DNA of 64,000 nt, from the NCBI GenBank assembly GCA_951406725.2, contig OX597817.1:46066001-46130000 (forward strand), read 5' to 3'. This DNA comes from Octopus vulgaris. Lineage: Eukaryota. Within the stretch, counting starts at the first letter, position 1. Each line of letters starts with the position of its first letter. Of this stretch, positions 1-12,606 are shown piece by piece. The notes under the pieces were generated by a model. The model did no database searches, was not told where the DNA came from, and saw nothing but the letters and a program-made list of their open reading frames with translations. The position numbers and the translations under genes are program-made.

Positions 1-87
1 CATATATACATGTATACATCCATACATGTGTACATACATACATATATGTATATATACATATATTTATATATATATATATATATACAC

Positions 88-123
<36 letters not shown>
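1..123. repeat. (TA)n/(CATA)n microsatellite
   Basis: Direct reading. Confidence 0.95.
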
Positions 124-129
<6 letters not shown>

Positions 130-271
130 AATATAAGAGAGTGGTCACTATATGGCTCACTCTAGCACCAGTTAATCCAAAAGGTTTCAACCACAAAAAT
201 ACATGTTTCCCATGAAAGTCAATACGATTGTTAGCTCACACGGACAGGGCAAATAAAAAATAACAAAAATA
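124..271 (-). repeat. Inverted partial copy of the 535-bp unit at the 5' end of the array
   Basis: Reverse complement of about 697-844 of the array. It abuts (TA)n on the left and switches orientation at about 272-274. Confidence 0.92.
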
Positions 272-600
272 TATGAGCCATATAGTGACCACTCTCTTAT
301 ATTTATTTTGTAAAAATATTATAATATATTATAAAATATTATAATAATCCAGGTTTCTCGGAGCACTAGGCCACTTGGTGTTGAATAGATATACTATTAA
401 ATTAGTATCTAATTCTCTCACCCTTATTAATTAATTATAATTATGCTGCATTTATTTCTAAATGCAGTATTTGTTTTCCGTGAAAGTTTGGCGCGCTGTT
501 AGTTGGGGCATTTGAATTATAACGTCGGATGTAATCAATTGAACCACACGCGTATTTATCGTTATGGTAAAATCTGGCGTGTGATTGAGTGGATTTCATC

Positions 601-696
601 CAGATAGTTTTGGCTGACGAGCTACAAGTGGATTTTTTTGTAAGTAAAATTACATTTAATTCATTAATAGCGAAACAATTGTCCCAAAATAATCTG
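601..696 (+). ncRNA. Type I hammerhead ribozyme (copy 1)
   Basis: Stem I CAGATAGTTTTGG (601-613) / CCAAAATAATCTG (684-696). Core CTGACGA (614-620). Stem II GCTA (621-624)...TAGC (668-671). GAAA (672-675). Palindromic stem III CAATTG. GTC cleavage triplet, predicted cut after 683. Confidence 0.9.
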
Positions 697-1135
697 TATT
701 TTTGTTATTTTTTATTTGCCCTGTCCGTGTGAGCTAACAATCGTACTGACTTTCATGGGAAACATGTATTTTTGTGGTTGAAACCTTTTGGATTAACTGG
801 TGCTAGAGTGAGCCATATAGTGACCACTCTCTTATATTTATTTTGTAAAAATATTATAATATATTATAAAATATTATAATAATCCAGGTTTCTCGGAGCA
901 CTAGGCCACTTGGTGTTGAATAGATATACTATTAAATTAGTATCTAATTCTCTCACCCTTATTAATTAATTATAATTATGCTGCATTTATTTCTAAATGC
1001 AGTATTTGTTTTCCGTGAAAGTTTGGCGCGCTGTTAGTTGGGGCATTTGAATTATAACGTCGGATGTAATCAATTGAACCACACGCGTATTTATCGTTAT
1101 GGTAAAATCTTGCGTGTGATTGAGTGGATTTCATC

Positions 1136-1231
1136 CAGATAGTTTTGGCTGACGAGCTACAAGTGGATTTTTTTGTAAGTAAAATTACATTTAATTCATT
1201 AATAGCGAAACAATTGTCCCAAAATAATCTG
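1136..1231 (+). ncRNA. Type I hammerhead ribozyme (copy 2)
   Basis: Identical to 601-696, offset by 535; predicted cut after 1218. Confidence 0.9.
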
Positions 1232-1670
1232 TATTTTTGTTATTTTTTATTTGCCCTGTCCGTGTGAGCTAACAATCGTACTGACTTTCATGGGAAACAT
1301 GTATTTTTGTGGTTGAAACCTTTTGGATTAACTGGTGCTAGAGTGAGCCATATAGTGACCACTCTCTTATATTTATTTTGTAAAAATATTATAATATATT
1401 ATAAAATATTATAATAATCCAGGTTTCTCGGAGCACTAGGCCACTTGGTGTTGAATAGATATACTATTAAATTAGTATCTAATTCTCTCACCCTTATTAA
1501 TTAATTATAATTATGCTGCATTTATTTCTAAATGCAGTATTTGTTTTCCGTGAAAGTTTGGCGCGCTGTTAGTTGGGGCATTTGAATTATAACGTCGGAT
1601 GTAATCAATTGAACCACACGCGTATTTATCGTTATGGTAAAATCTTGCGTGTGATTGAGTGGATTTCATC

Positions 1671-1766
1671 CAGATAGTTTTGGCTGACGAGCTACAAGTG
1701 GATTTTTTTGTAAGTAAAATTACATTTAATTCATTAATAGCGAAACAATTGTCCCAAAATAATCTG
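1671..1766 (+). ncRNA. Type I hammerhead ribozyme (copy 3)
   Basis: Identical to 601-696, offset by 1070; predicted cut after 1753. Confidence 0.9.
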
Positions 1767-2034
1767 TATTTTTGTTATTTTTTATTTGCCCTGTCCGTGT
1801 GAGCTAACAATCGTACTGACTTTCATGGGAAACATGTATTTTTGTGGTTGAAACCTTTTGGATTAACTGGTGCTAGAGTGAGCCATATAGTGACCACTCT
1901 CTTATATTTATTTTGTAAAAATATTATAATATATTATAAAATATTATAATAATCCAGGTTTCTCGGAGCACTAGGCCACTTGGTGTTGAATAGATATACT
2001 ATTAAATTAGTATCTAATTCTCTCACCCTTATTA

Positions 2035-2040
<6 letters not shown>

Positions 2041-2095
<55 letters not shown>

Positions 2096-2098
2096 TAT

Positions 2099-2141
<43 letters not shown>

Positions 2142-2310
2142 CATAAATAGATAGATAGATACATAGATAGATAGGTAGATTGATATACATATAGATATAT
2201 ACATCATACACACACACACGCACACACGCACACAAATAAATATATATAGAGAGAGAGACAGACAGAGACAGACAGACAGACAGAAAGACTGGGGTAAGAG
2301 AGAGAGAGAG
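2041..2310. repeat. Compound microsatellite (TA)n-(GATA)n-(CA)n-(GA)n-(GACA)n
   Basis: Direct reading; it explains ORFs 2007..2345 and 2035..2235. Confidence 0.95.
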
Positions 2311-3084
2311 TCAAACACGTATTTGTTTATATATGTTCTAAGCATTTAGACAGAAACCAAAACTTAGAAATCAAAGACACACACAAAAAAAATGTACTTA
2401 AATGTTTACGAAGAGAAATATGCATTGTGTGAGATAGAACGATATAGATGAAAGCTCACATCGATAAGAGAAGAAAGATAAATAAACGAAATGAAAAAGA
2501 CAAGCAAAACAGCTTGATAGGAGAGATTTACGTGAAGATGCATACAGTGAAGTTATAAAGAAGGTGAGTAAGGCAACGTGTGCGATAGGCGGGTGTATTG
2601 TAGATAAAATGTATGAAACGGAAGTGCATGTTTATTTAACATTAACACATTAACGTTGATGAATCTAAATAGAGAGATTATAGAGCTAAAACAAAAGCGG
2701 TGGTAAAAAAAACCAGGTCGATCGCAAAACGAGGACATTGAAAGGATAATGTATGCTGTACGTAATATTGTTATGATTGGTAGAATTAACAGGAAGCTTG
2801 GTAGCAGAATATGGAACAGAAGAGAAAATACCGGAAATGACACACACCATTAAGGTAGAAAAGTTTTCTGTCAATTAATATCAAAAGAATTTTTGGCTCA
2901 ACGCTAATACGAAGCACTCGTTGTGGTTTTCTAGGAAACACAAGCACTTCGAATTGGAACTACGCCAATAAAATACATATAACTATTTCGTCTATCCGTC
3001 CCTCCCTTTCTTTCTCTTCCTCGATACATACATACATGCCTATATAAATGCACATAGATGAATCTATCGATATATATGTATCCA

Positions 3085-3116
3085 TCTATCTATCAATCTA
3101 ACTATCTATCTCTCTC

Positions 3117-3205
<89 letters not shown>

Positions 3206-3211
3206 GTCTCT

Positions 3212-3300
<89 letters not shown>
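3085..3300. repeat. Compound microsatellite (TCTA)n-(TA)n-(TC)n-(TA)n
   Basis: Direct reading. Confidence 0.95.
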
Positions 3301-3301
<1 letters not shown>

Positions 3302-3310
3302 TAATAGTTA

Positions 3311-3509
3311 GCCTCCAGCTAGCTATGTGACACACAAACCTGTGTTCATTTTAACCTTCGAACAGGGGAGGTCAGCTACTTCCCCTTGCTGAGGCAAACA
3401 CCTCCAAACTAGTCTGTAGATGCCAGACCAGCATGGAGAAGCGGCTGACCTCTCCTGTTTGAATGTTATAATGGACAGAGGTTTCTGTGTCACATAGCTA
3501 GCTAGAGGC
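3311..3509. repeat. Imperfect ~80-bp inverted repeat (long hairpin)
   Basis: Arm 3311-3391 (GCCTCCAGCTAGCTATGTGACACA...TTGCTG) pairs colinearly, without gaps, with 3429-3509 (CAGCA...TGTGTCACATAGCTAGCTAGAGGC); 37-nt spacer. Confidence 0.9.
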
Positions 3510-4130
3510 GATGGCCTCTTGGAGCTAATCAACGGCAGCATTCATCCTATTTTTTCTGGACTGCCATGATACTTTGGCGATAAATATTAATATCTAGTAC
3601 TGCTGCCGTAGTCTCCTTGAAAGAGAATTAGAAATAATATTTCTATATATATACACTTATAAGTTAAGTTAATAATCATAAAAATGATCATATCAGTGTC
3701 CTAGTGTAGATAAGTGACCGTAACGGTAAAATTAATTTTTAAGTATAGAATTATTAAAACATAATCATAATTAAGGGTTCTGGAATGTCAGAGCCTACGC
3801 TAGAATTAGATGTCAAATGCCAACAATTCACTCTAATTTTATTCCCTATATATAAACCACAGGTACAATACGAGGAAATGAGTAACATGATTTAAATAAC
3901 TTCGGATAAATCTATTGCTCTTGGAGAAAAATTGATTTGCAATCACTAGTAGAAATACGCCTATAAATATATAAACAAGAAATACAAACATATATATAAA
4001 TCTCTTCGTAAATAGCAACATATACATGCATTACCTGCATATACATTCCTTCTATAAGCTCATCTCGATCATGTGATTAATATCAGAAGTAATATGGAGT
4101 GAATACAAAACCGAAGAATAATATTGCCTA

Positions 4131-4630
4131 TTGAAGGCAATTTTCTCTTGTGTTTAAATGTACACTATTTTATATTGAGAATATGTTGTCTATTGACTTT
4201 TTATACATGCTAGGCCAATGTGTAGTGAAATTTCTAATAGAACTCACTACCTTCTATTTTACGTATACTTAGCAATTTTTTAAAACATTAGTTCGGCATT
4301 TATTCATTTCCTGCTGACTGAAACTGCGCTTGTGCGGTGAATTTTGAAAAAAATTATAATGTATAACGATGAGGTACGTGTTATTCGTATCTTAATCATA
4401 TGTTAGTGTTATGGCGCGGTCTGAAGAGAAATTCGCCTAGCAAATTGTTTTTTTGCTAAAAAAAAAATTGGAAACCTAGGTGCGACCGGATTAAAATAAC
4501 AAGGTAAAATGTAAAAGTTTTTATTTTTCATTCCATTTGAAGATTGCTCTTAAATGTGGTTTTGGTCGTTTTGAATACTGCTTGTTGAAGGCAGTTTTCT
4601 CTTGGCTTTAAATGTACACTATTATGTATA
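4131..4630 (+). repeat. Diverged ~45-bp direct repeat pair
   Basis: TTGAAGGCAnTTTTCTCTTG...TTTAAATGTACACTATT at about 4131 and about 4585. Confidence 0.7.
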
Positions 4631-4926
4631 TATATGTTCTTTATTCTTTATTCTTTTACTTGCTTCAATAGAAAGGAGCCGTAATTTGGCGTAGCCTCGA
4701 AGAATTTCAATCAAATGAAACGTCCCCATTTCTTATCTAATTTCCCAACCTGGATCTTATATTCTTGGCCTCTTGACGACCCTGGAAATTACAATAATGT
4801 AAAGACATCAACATTTATTCACACATACACTCACACACACATATCTACATACATACACAACTCCATCCATACATACATACATATGTATATATATATGTGT
4901 GCATGTGTGTGTGTGTGTGCGTGTGT

Positions 4927-4972
<46 letters not shown>

Positions 4973-5694
4973 CAGAGTTAGCACATAAATACGAAGTAAG
5001 GTGGGAAAAATTGTACTCGAATACCGGAGGCAGAGTAATATATTAAAAAAATCAGTGTTTAGTCAAAAGCGAACTTTAGATCAGTTAAAATATGTCCAGT
5101 GCAGCCTACTGTAGGATTCCCAGACACGTTTCTAGCTCTTTAACCGTTATACTTGGGAAATACCAAAGACAAGCATCTCTGGACAGATTTCGTTTTAAAA
5201 CCGCATATGATTTTTTAAGAAAAATCAGAAGCTTTGAATTTACGAATACAATTTAATCCTTAATTGTTATATATTACTAAAATTTTATTAGCATCTAATT
5301 ACAAAGATCATATAAAATCTTAAGCGCACCGGGTGTATTTTACCTGTTAATATACGAACAACATATCTGTTTACCTTGTTAATGTTATTTATCCGAAGAC
5401 ATAAGTATATTTACTCATATATTTCTGACCTTTCATATATTAGTGTGCATATGCACGTTCGGTTGTTCTTATCATATTTTCATTTCTATATGTCATAATC
5501 AGAGAGAATGCCACCGATATTCTGTGTTGTAACCTTACGTTAAAAGTTTAAATGCCGGCGATGTCACCTTTGCCGTCCAAACATCCGGTTGTCAATAAAC
5601 TATATTATCACTCCACTACTCTATTCCAAGTGGTTCACTTTCCCTGTCACATATTTGAACTCTTAGCTATATTATTATCATTATTATTATTATT

Positions 5695-6022
5695 GAGTGA
5701 GAGAGCAGTTCATGCCATCAAAGTGACACTGGGGTAAAATATACGAAGCCCAGTATACCCATCATGACTACCCGTCTGATAAGGGTACACCAGGCACATG
5801 CATCACAACCATATGTACGCGACATGGTGATCTCATATGAAGGTAAACAGCGCATGACCTTGCAGGTGGGGCCCAGTTAGAAATTTCTTCAGGTCGAGTA
5901 GCCCATCCCGCTCAAAAGGTCCCTGAATAAGGGTTGTTTAAGGATATTGAAAGAACCACCCATGTTTCCAGAGGTGAATTATTCAAACCCCAAAGAATCC
6001 TCTCAACACATGGCTATGATGC
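5695..6022. mobile_element. Interspersed repeat embedded in (TAA)n; probably UTR of a TAA-targeting LINE
   Basis: A diverged reverse-complement copy lies at about 38170-38490. Both copies abut (TAA/TTA)n tracts and R4/Dong-like fragments. Confidence 0.6.
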
Positions 6023-6491
<469 letters not shown>

Positions 6492-6516
6492 TACTATTAT
6501 TATTATTATTATTATT

Positions 6517-6765
6517 GTGGTGGCGCGTGGTTGAGTGGTTAGGGTGTCAGCATCATGATCGTGAGATTGTGGTTTCGATTCCTTGACCGGGCGACGCGTT
6601 GTGTTCTTGAGCAATCACTTCATTTCACGTTGCTCCAGTCCACTCAGCTGGTAAAATTGAGTAACTATGTGATGACTGGCGTCCCATCCAGCTGGGGAAC
6701 ACATACCCCATTGAAACCGGGAAACCGGGCCCATGAGCCGGGCTAGGCTTTAAAAGGGCGCATTT
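6517..6765 (+). mobile_element. tRNA-derived SINE, family C
   Basis: A-box-like TGGTTGAGTGGT and B-box-like GGTTTCGATTCC, followed by TTGTGTTCTTGAGCAA..CACTT; related copies at about 45.5, 59.7 and 61.9 kb. Confidence 0.8.
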
Positions 6766-6822
6766 ATTTATTTATTTATTTATTATTATTATTATTATTA
6801 TAATTATTATTATTATTATTAT

Positions 6823-6915
<93 letters not shown>
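6766..6915. repeat. (TTA)n-(TAG)n microsatellite
   Basis: Direct reading. Confidence 0.95.
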
Positions 6916-7321
6916 CGGTATTCGTAGTAGTAACAGTCGTACCAGTAACAATAATAAATTTAATAATACCGGGTGGTATAATATGTTCTCTTCATCACTA
7001 GGGAAGCTTTAACCGTATAGTGTTTTGGTCTGTATAGATTATTGGGACAGGGGTATGTCTCCAACGCCGTACTGGAATGTTGTGTTTCTTCAAACCGCTG
7101 ACGCAAACGAGCGTTTTCAAGTAAAATCTCACGTGTGTGTTTGTGTGTGTGTATATGCATAAATACACACAAACACATGCATCTACACAGAAACAGCCCT
7201 TCACGCGCGCACAGCCGAAATTGCGAGGATGATCCGGTTCTTGACTGAAGATTAGAGGCTTCGAATGACCCGTCCATATTTTGTGTCGTCTCTTTAAGTG
7301 TTTTGCGTTCTTGTCCCATTT

Positions 7322-7395
<74 letters not shown>

Positions 7396-7415
7396 CATAT
7401 ATATATATATATACT

Positions 7416-7830
7416 TTTTATTCTTTTACTTGTGTCAGTCATTTCACTGCGCCCATGCTGCAGCACTGCCTTTAGTTGAGCAAAATCGACCACAGGACTT
7501 ATTTCTGTGAGCCTAGTATATATTCTCTCGGCCACTATTGCCGAACCACTAAGTTACGGGGGCGTAAACACACTAGCATCGGTTGTGAAGCGATGTTTTG
7601 GGGGGGAGGGGGACAAACACAGACACGTGAATATATGCACGCACACGCAGAAACACACACACATATATATATATAAATACAACGGGCTTCTTTCATTTTC
7701 CGTTTACCAAATAGATTCACAAGGCTTTTCTCTGTCCGCGGCTATAGTAGAAGTCACTTACCCATGTGTTCTTTTACTCTTTTATTTGTTTCACTCATTG
7801 ACTGTGGCCATGCTGGAGCACCGCCTTTAG
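7416..7830 (-). mobile_element. tRNA-derived SINE family A (CORE-like), truncated with a duplicated tail
   Basis: Matches 42248-42648 in reverse (GCCATGCTGGAGCACCGCCTTTAG; CCGAACCACTAAGTTACGGG). Confidence 0.8.
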
Positions 7831-8949
7831 TCGGGGATATGCATATTTATTGAGGCTAACAATTATTTCTGATAACCTTTGGAAGGAGTTAGTTCCATAG
7901 GTCAATTTCATTGATCCATTGATTTATGGTCAATTGATTGAAAAATTGAAGAACAAATCACCCTCTGTTATCCTCTTCAGAGCCTCAGTGAATTGATTTT
8001 CACGGGAAAATAAATTTGATTAGGATGGTATCATTTGAAATCTAAGCCTTCCCCTTTGAGAACTTCAACATCAATCTCGACATTTATTTGCTAGCCTGAT
8101 CCATTATTATCTGCAGAGCACTCATGAGTTATTTCGCCTGGATTACAAACCCCTTATTAATCCCTCTTTGATGTTTGTGTGTGTATGCGTATGAATATGT
8201 ATGTATGTGTGTACATGTGAGTGTGCCTACGTGTGTGTACGTATATACATGGCAAGGGCTTCCACAAAGCCCTTGATATTTATATTCGATCTCACGTATG
8301 AGAGTATACTCTTAAAATAATCTTTATACATGTTGCACTCTAGTGAAAATCTCCAACGTCATTATTTCAATTAGCACAATTATAGAATATTTTTCAGAAA
8401 AAAGGTAAATATTTTTCTTTGTGGCTCGGATACTTTTGAAAAAACTTAGAGAAACTTTAGGGAAATTTGAGGAGGAATTCCAACAAGACCGAAAAACACC
8501 GCTTTTGTAAAATAACTAATAAATTAGTAATATGTTATTGACCTTAGCTGAAACTTTTAGGTCTACTCTGTTTGCAACACCTAAATTCCATTTAGGCTCA
8601 TTAATTAGTCTACAGTTGCACGCCTTGACTTTTTAAGGATAATTTCCATTGCCGTTAATTTTGATATAACTGGGGCTATTAGTTTCAACTAATTAACGTT
8701 TAATTGCCGCTCGTCACCTCATTTCTTATAGTCTTCACTTTATATGTTCCATCTTCGAATTTCCTTTAAAATACTTTAAACGTCATTGATTTAAGCTTCC
8801 TATTTTGTGTTATACACTATAGTTTCAACTAATTAACGTTGAAACTCACACATACTCACACAATTACACAAAATCTTATGAACATCCCAAGAACCTCAGT
8901 AAAATATGCTTCATTCAGTTAAGTACGCTTCGCTAAATATGTTCACCAA

Positions 8950-9450
8950 TATATAAACCAGTCAATCGAAATCGAATGAGCTGCCACAATCCCTTCCACA
9001 ACAACTGCACATTCTCATTTCACTATATATGTCGGTTTACTGAAATTTCAAGAGTTACATAATTTACGTATGTCTGAATATATTTTATGAATTCGAATGA
9101 TGTTCTTACTTTCATGAGAGTTATGAATTTTAGAGTTACAGTTATTTAAGAATTATTTTCTGTTCGCCATTTCCAGTATGGTAGCCTGCATGTAAATTTA
9201 TCGGTTATTTCTTACCAACAAAGCATTCTTTAGAAGTTTTTTACCGACTTTATTTTAATTTGCCAAGTCACTGAAGAACATTCCAGCACAAATCTATAGC
9301 TATTAATAATTGTGAAGTTGTTTCGTTGATATTCTAGGTGTTTTGACTTTTATCCCTTAAGAGAACCTGCTTCATCACGCCATTAACTTTAATAACATTT
9401 TCAAAGTCATTTACAATTTCAATGAATACAAAATGTGTTTCACCTGCTCA
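8950..9450 (-). pseudogene. Highly decayed CR1/L2-like LINE ORF2, C-terminal part
   Basis: The minus strand near 9240-9300 reads RFVLECSSVTW (cf. RP.LEY.S.VW); many stops. Confidence 0.45.
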
Positions 9451-10407
9451 ATTTTGGAGTAGCCTGCACTTAGATTTAGTTCTTCTTAGACAAAGCGCCT
9501 TTGGGAAATTTTCCAATATCATTATTTTAATTTTCTTAATCACATAGGCTTCTCCACTCAAAGATATCATTCTGTTAGTTCTTGGCAACCACTGAGTCGA
9601 ATGCGGTTCATTGAGCATGTCCAGCAATACCAAAACATATCCGGTGTTGTCACGAAAGCTGCCAAAAATTAGACATACTTTCCTCTCCTACACATATGTC
9701 CATTAAACATAGGACTGATTGGAACATCGGAGGTGCTTCTGTCCCGTCTATTCAGAGATTAATTTTCCTTCGCGCTAATTTTCATTAATTTTTATCGTGA
9801 AAGTTTCAACAAATGAAAATATTTTCGCCTCAGAATGCGAGTACAATTGGTTGCAAAGCTCTATGTTGTTTGTCAAGAATTTTTCTTGTGAGATGCTGCT
9901 AAGTTTTATAATCATTTCTCTAGTAAGTTATAGTATTTGTTGCTAAAGAAATTTCTATTAGTCGTTCTATAATCTTCGCAGTAATTGAGAGGATTCTGCG
10001 GTGAATTGTTACAGAAATATTTTTGTTACATTCATCAGTGTCGGCAAACATCAGATTCATCTCTAGAATATAAATCTGCGTTTACTTTACACTTTATTGA
10101 ACTTCTTAAAATATTTAAACTCTGCATTCGGATATTTTCAATTATACAAAAGAAGCGCACCCCCTGCCCCCACCAAAACCACAAGTATATTAACCTGAAA
10201 TTAACTAAATATTCTTCAAATAGAAGCAACCGAAGAAAAAATTTCAGTGTTATTCAATTTAACAATTCATTTTCACACAAAATGTCTTTGTCTTATTCAT
10301 TGCGAGGGAATCGATGTTATTCAGGTTTCTCCGAAGGTGACCAACACGATTCAGGTTTCTCACTTCCAATCAGAAATTACAACTCCAACAATATATCACC
10401 ATTCAAG

Positions 10408-10760
10408 GGCAGTGAGCTGGCAGAAACGTTAGCACGCCGGTATTTCGTCTGTATTTACGTTCTGAGTTCAAATTCCGCCAAGGTCAACTTTGCCTTTCAT
10501 CTTTCGGGGCCGATAAATTAAGTACCAGTTACGCACTGGGGTCGATGTTTTTCCTTGCTTGTCCTTTCTATGTTTAGCCCCTTGTGAGTAATAAAGAAAT
10601 TAGAAACGTTAGCACGTTGGGCGAGATACTTAGCGGTATTTCGTCTGTCTTTTCATTCTCAGTTCAAATTCCTGTCGGGGTCGATCAATTAAATGCTGGT
10701 TGTGTACTGGCAGCCTCCCCTAAAATTTCAGGTCTTGTACCTAGAGTAGAAAAGGATATA
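10408..10760 (+). mobile_element. tRNA-derived SINE family B
   Basis: GAGCTGGCAGAAACGTTAGCACGCCGG...GAGTTCAAATTCCGCC (B box)...GCCTTTCATC..TCGGGG.CGATAAATTAAGTACCAG. Confidence 0.85.
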
Positions 10761-10779
10761 TCACCATTCAAGTGATGGC

Positions 10780-11900
10780 TTATTGTATTTCGGGTGTCCA
10801 ATCCCTAATCGGTTCAGAAAATAGTTTTGGTTAATACCTATATGATTTTATCTCATTCGAGTTATCATGATTTAATCTAATTAAACTATATTTTCAGCTT
10901 ACCACCTCTGTTTCGATATCCACTTGCCAATATTTAAATTTTTTCAAGAGGCACACTTGCAAAGCCATTGCATAAAATTGTTCCCACTCAGGATTGAATT
11001 TCCAGGCACACCAACAGAAATTACTATTCTCATTAGTCTCTCTTGAGTACCTGCAGGCTTCCAATCACTATGCCTCGCTATGGGGATTTCCTGTAACGCG
11101 AAAACATACCCGCAATTGCCATAATGGTTACCAAAGATTATATTCGCCTCTCATCCTGGATATTTCCAATCAGTAGCATTCTATTAAAATCCCAGCGGTC
11201 CTAAGTATTGATCCATCTCAAAATATATTTCATTAAGTTGAATATTTTGCTCATATATTCATTTCACCAGTTATGGAACGCTGTATTCGGTTCAGTGAAC
11301 AATATATTCTTTATATATCAGTTTCCTTGGAGACATTCTTAATATCATAATTTCCATAGCATCATGGTAAACATTCTTTGTCGGTGTTTAATTTACACAC
11401 AGCAAATCAAATTAATGACAAACTCTTTCAAGAGTTTCCATATATTCAATGCCATTATGTGTACTAAAACTTGCTGATGATGTCCAATATAACTGAACAG
11501 AACTGGTGTTGTCACAACGTGTTTCAAAATCAGATTCAGTTTCCCTGCTTAGATCATCACAAATTCTGTAATATTCTCTTTTTTTTGTTCCTGCAATTCA
11601 TTTTCAGTAACGCTAATAATTATCTTTCCGCAATAAAGTTATGATTGTAATATATTCGATATTATTTCTATTTACCATCTCATGAAAGGGGAGGCCTGTA
11701 CTTAACTATACGTTTTGCACCACATGTAGAAGCTCTTGAGAAGAGCTTCCAAAGTCAATATTTGAATGTAGCTAATTAGTGAACATTTTGTCCTCCCATA
11801 CAACAAACGGTATTTAAATTGTTGTCGTTTTCAGAACTTGGTAATCTTTCAGTGGCTTTTGAAAGAATAAACTAAAACCTCAGCATAAATGGATTTGTAA
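10780..11900 (-). pseudogene. Highly decayed CR1/L2-like LINE reverse transcriptase
   Basis: The minus strand gives, in the expected order and with frameshifts: YYR...GKL (~11570-11540), LNRIQRSITGE (~11297-11265; cf. L.NR.QRV.ING), GSIL/GPLGF (~11215-11187; cf. QGSILGPLLF) and RDLD (~10805; cf. KDLG). Confidence 0.6.
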
Positions 11901-12167
11901 GAATCAGTGACAAATTAGGAATTCTTTGCTACAACTCCATTTAATTTTCGCTTATCGAAATTTAAGTTTTCGTCCTTCAAAGAATAAGTTTCATCCCCAA
12001 TAACAGCATTGGACTCTTAAGTGCTATAATTTTAATTAATTAAAATTTATTTTCGATTCTCAAAGTCACTTGTGTTCATATGTTCATCTGCTCTTGGGTA
12101 TCTGGTTTTTCCCCTTGTGCAATTCATTTTTCATTGTTCTTTCTCTAACCTGATTAATCAGCGAATG

Positions 12168-12606
12168 CTTAATCCGTTTGTCTGCCCTTGTTTGTCCCCT
12201 CTGTGTTTAGCCCCTTGTGGGTAGTAAATAAATAGGTATTTCGTCTGCAGCTACGTTCTGAGTTCAAATTCTGCCGAGGTCGACTTTGCCTTTCATCCTT
12301 TCGGGGTCGATAAATTAAATACCAGTTACGCACTGGGGTTGATGTAATCGACTTAATCCGTTTGTTTGTCTGTCCTTGTTTGTCCTCTCTGTGTTTAGAC
12401 CCTTGCGGGTAGTAAAACAATAGGTATTTCGTCTATCTTTACGCTCTGAGTTCAAATTCCACCGAGATCCACTTTGCCTTTCATCCTTTCGGGGTTGATT
12501 AAATAAGTACCAGTTACGCACTGGGGTCGATATAATCGACTTAATCCGTTTGTCTGTCCTTGTTTGGCCCGTATGTGTGTGGCCTCTTGTGGGCAGTAAA
12601 GAAATA
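12168..12606 (+). mobile_element. SINE family B, headless multimer of the ~185-bp body
   Basis: TTAATCCGTTTGTCTG...AGCCCCTTGTGGGTAGTAAA repeated at about 12169, 12353 and 12541. Confidence 0.85.

Larger units (their letters stand above)
274..2040 (+). repeat. 535-bp tandem array (about 3.3 units) with one hammerhead ribozyme per complete unit; non-LTR retrozyme / Penelope pLTR-like element
   Basis: GAGCCATATAGTGACCACTCTC recurs at 275, 810, 1345 and 1880 (period 535). Units are almost identical (e.g. AATCTGGCG vs AATCTTGCG). The array ends at ...CTCACCCTTATTATTAATT joined to (TA)n. Confidence 0.93.

Noticed and set aside
746-772. Second hammerhead-like fragment in the unit (CTGACTT...GAAACATGTA)
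   Set aside because: It has GAAA plus a palindromic ACATGT, but the core is not CUGANGA and there is no convincing stem I or II.
274-2040. CRISPR array or LTR pair interpretation of the repeats
   Set aside because: No unique spacers, no TG...CA termini, no PBS or TSD; contiguous 535-bp units in a eukaryotic context.
9985-10521. 178-aa ORF
   Set aside because: TTG start, no recognisable domain, and the C-terminal part is a SINE family B read-through.
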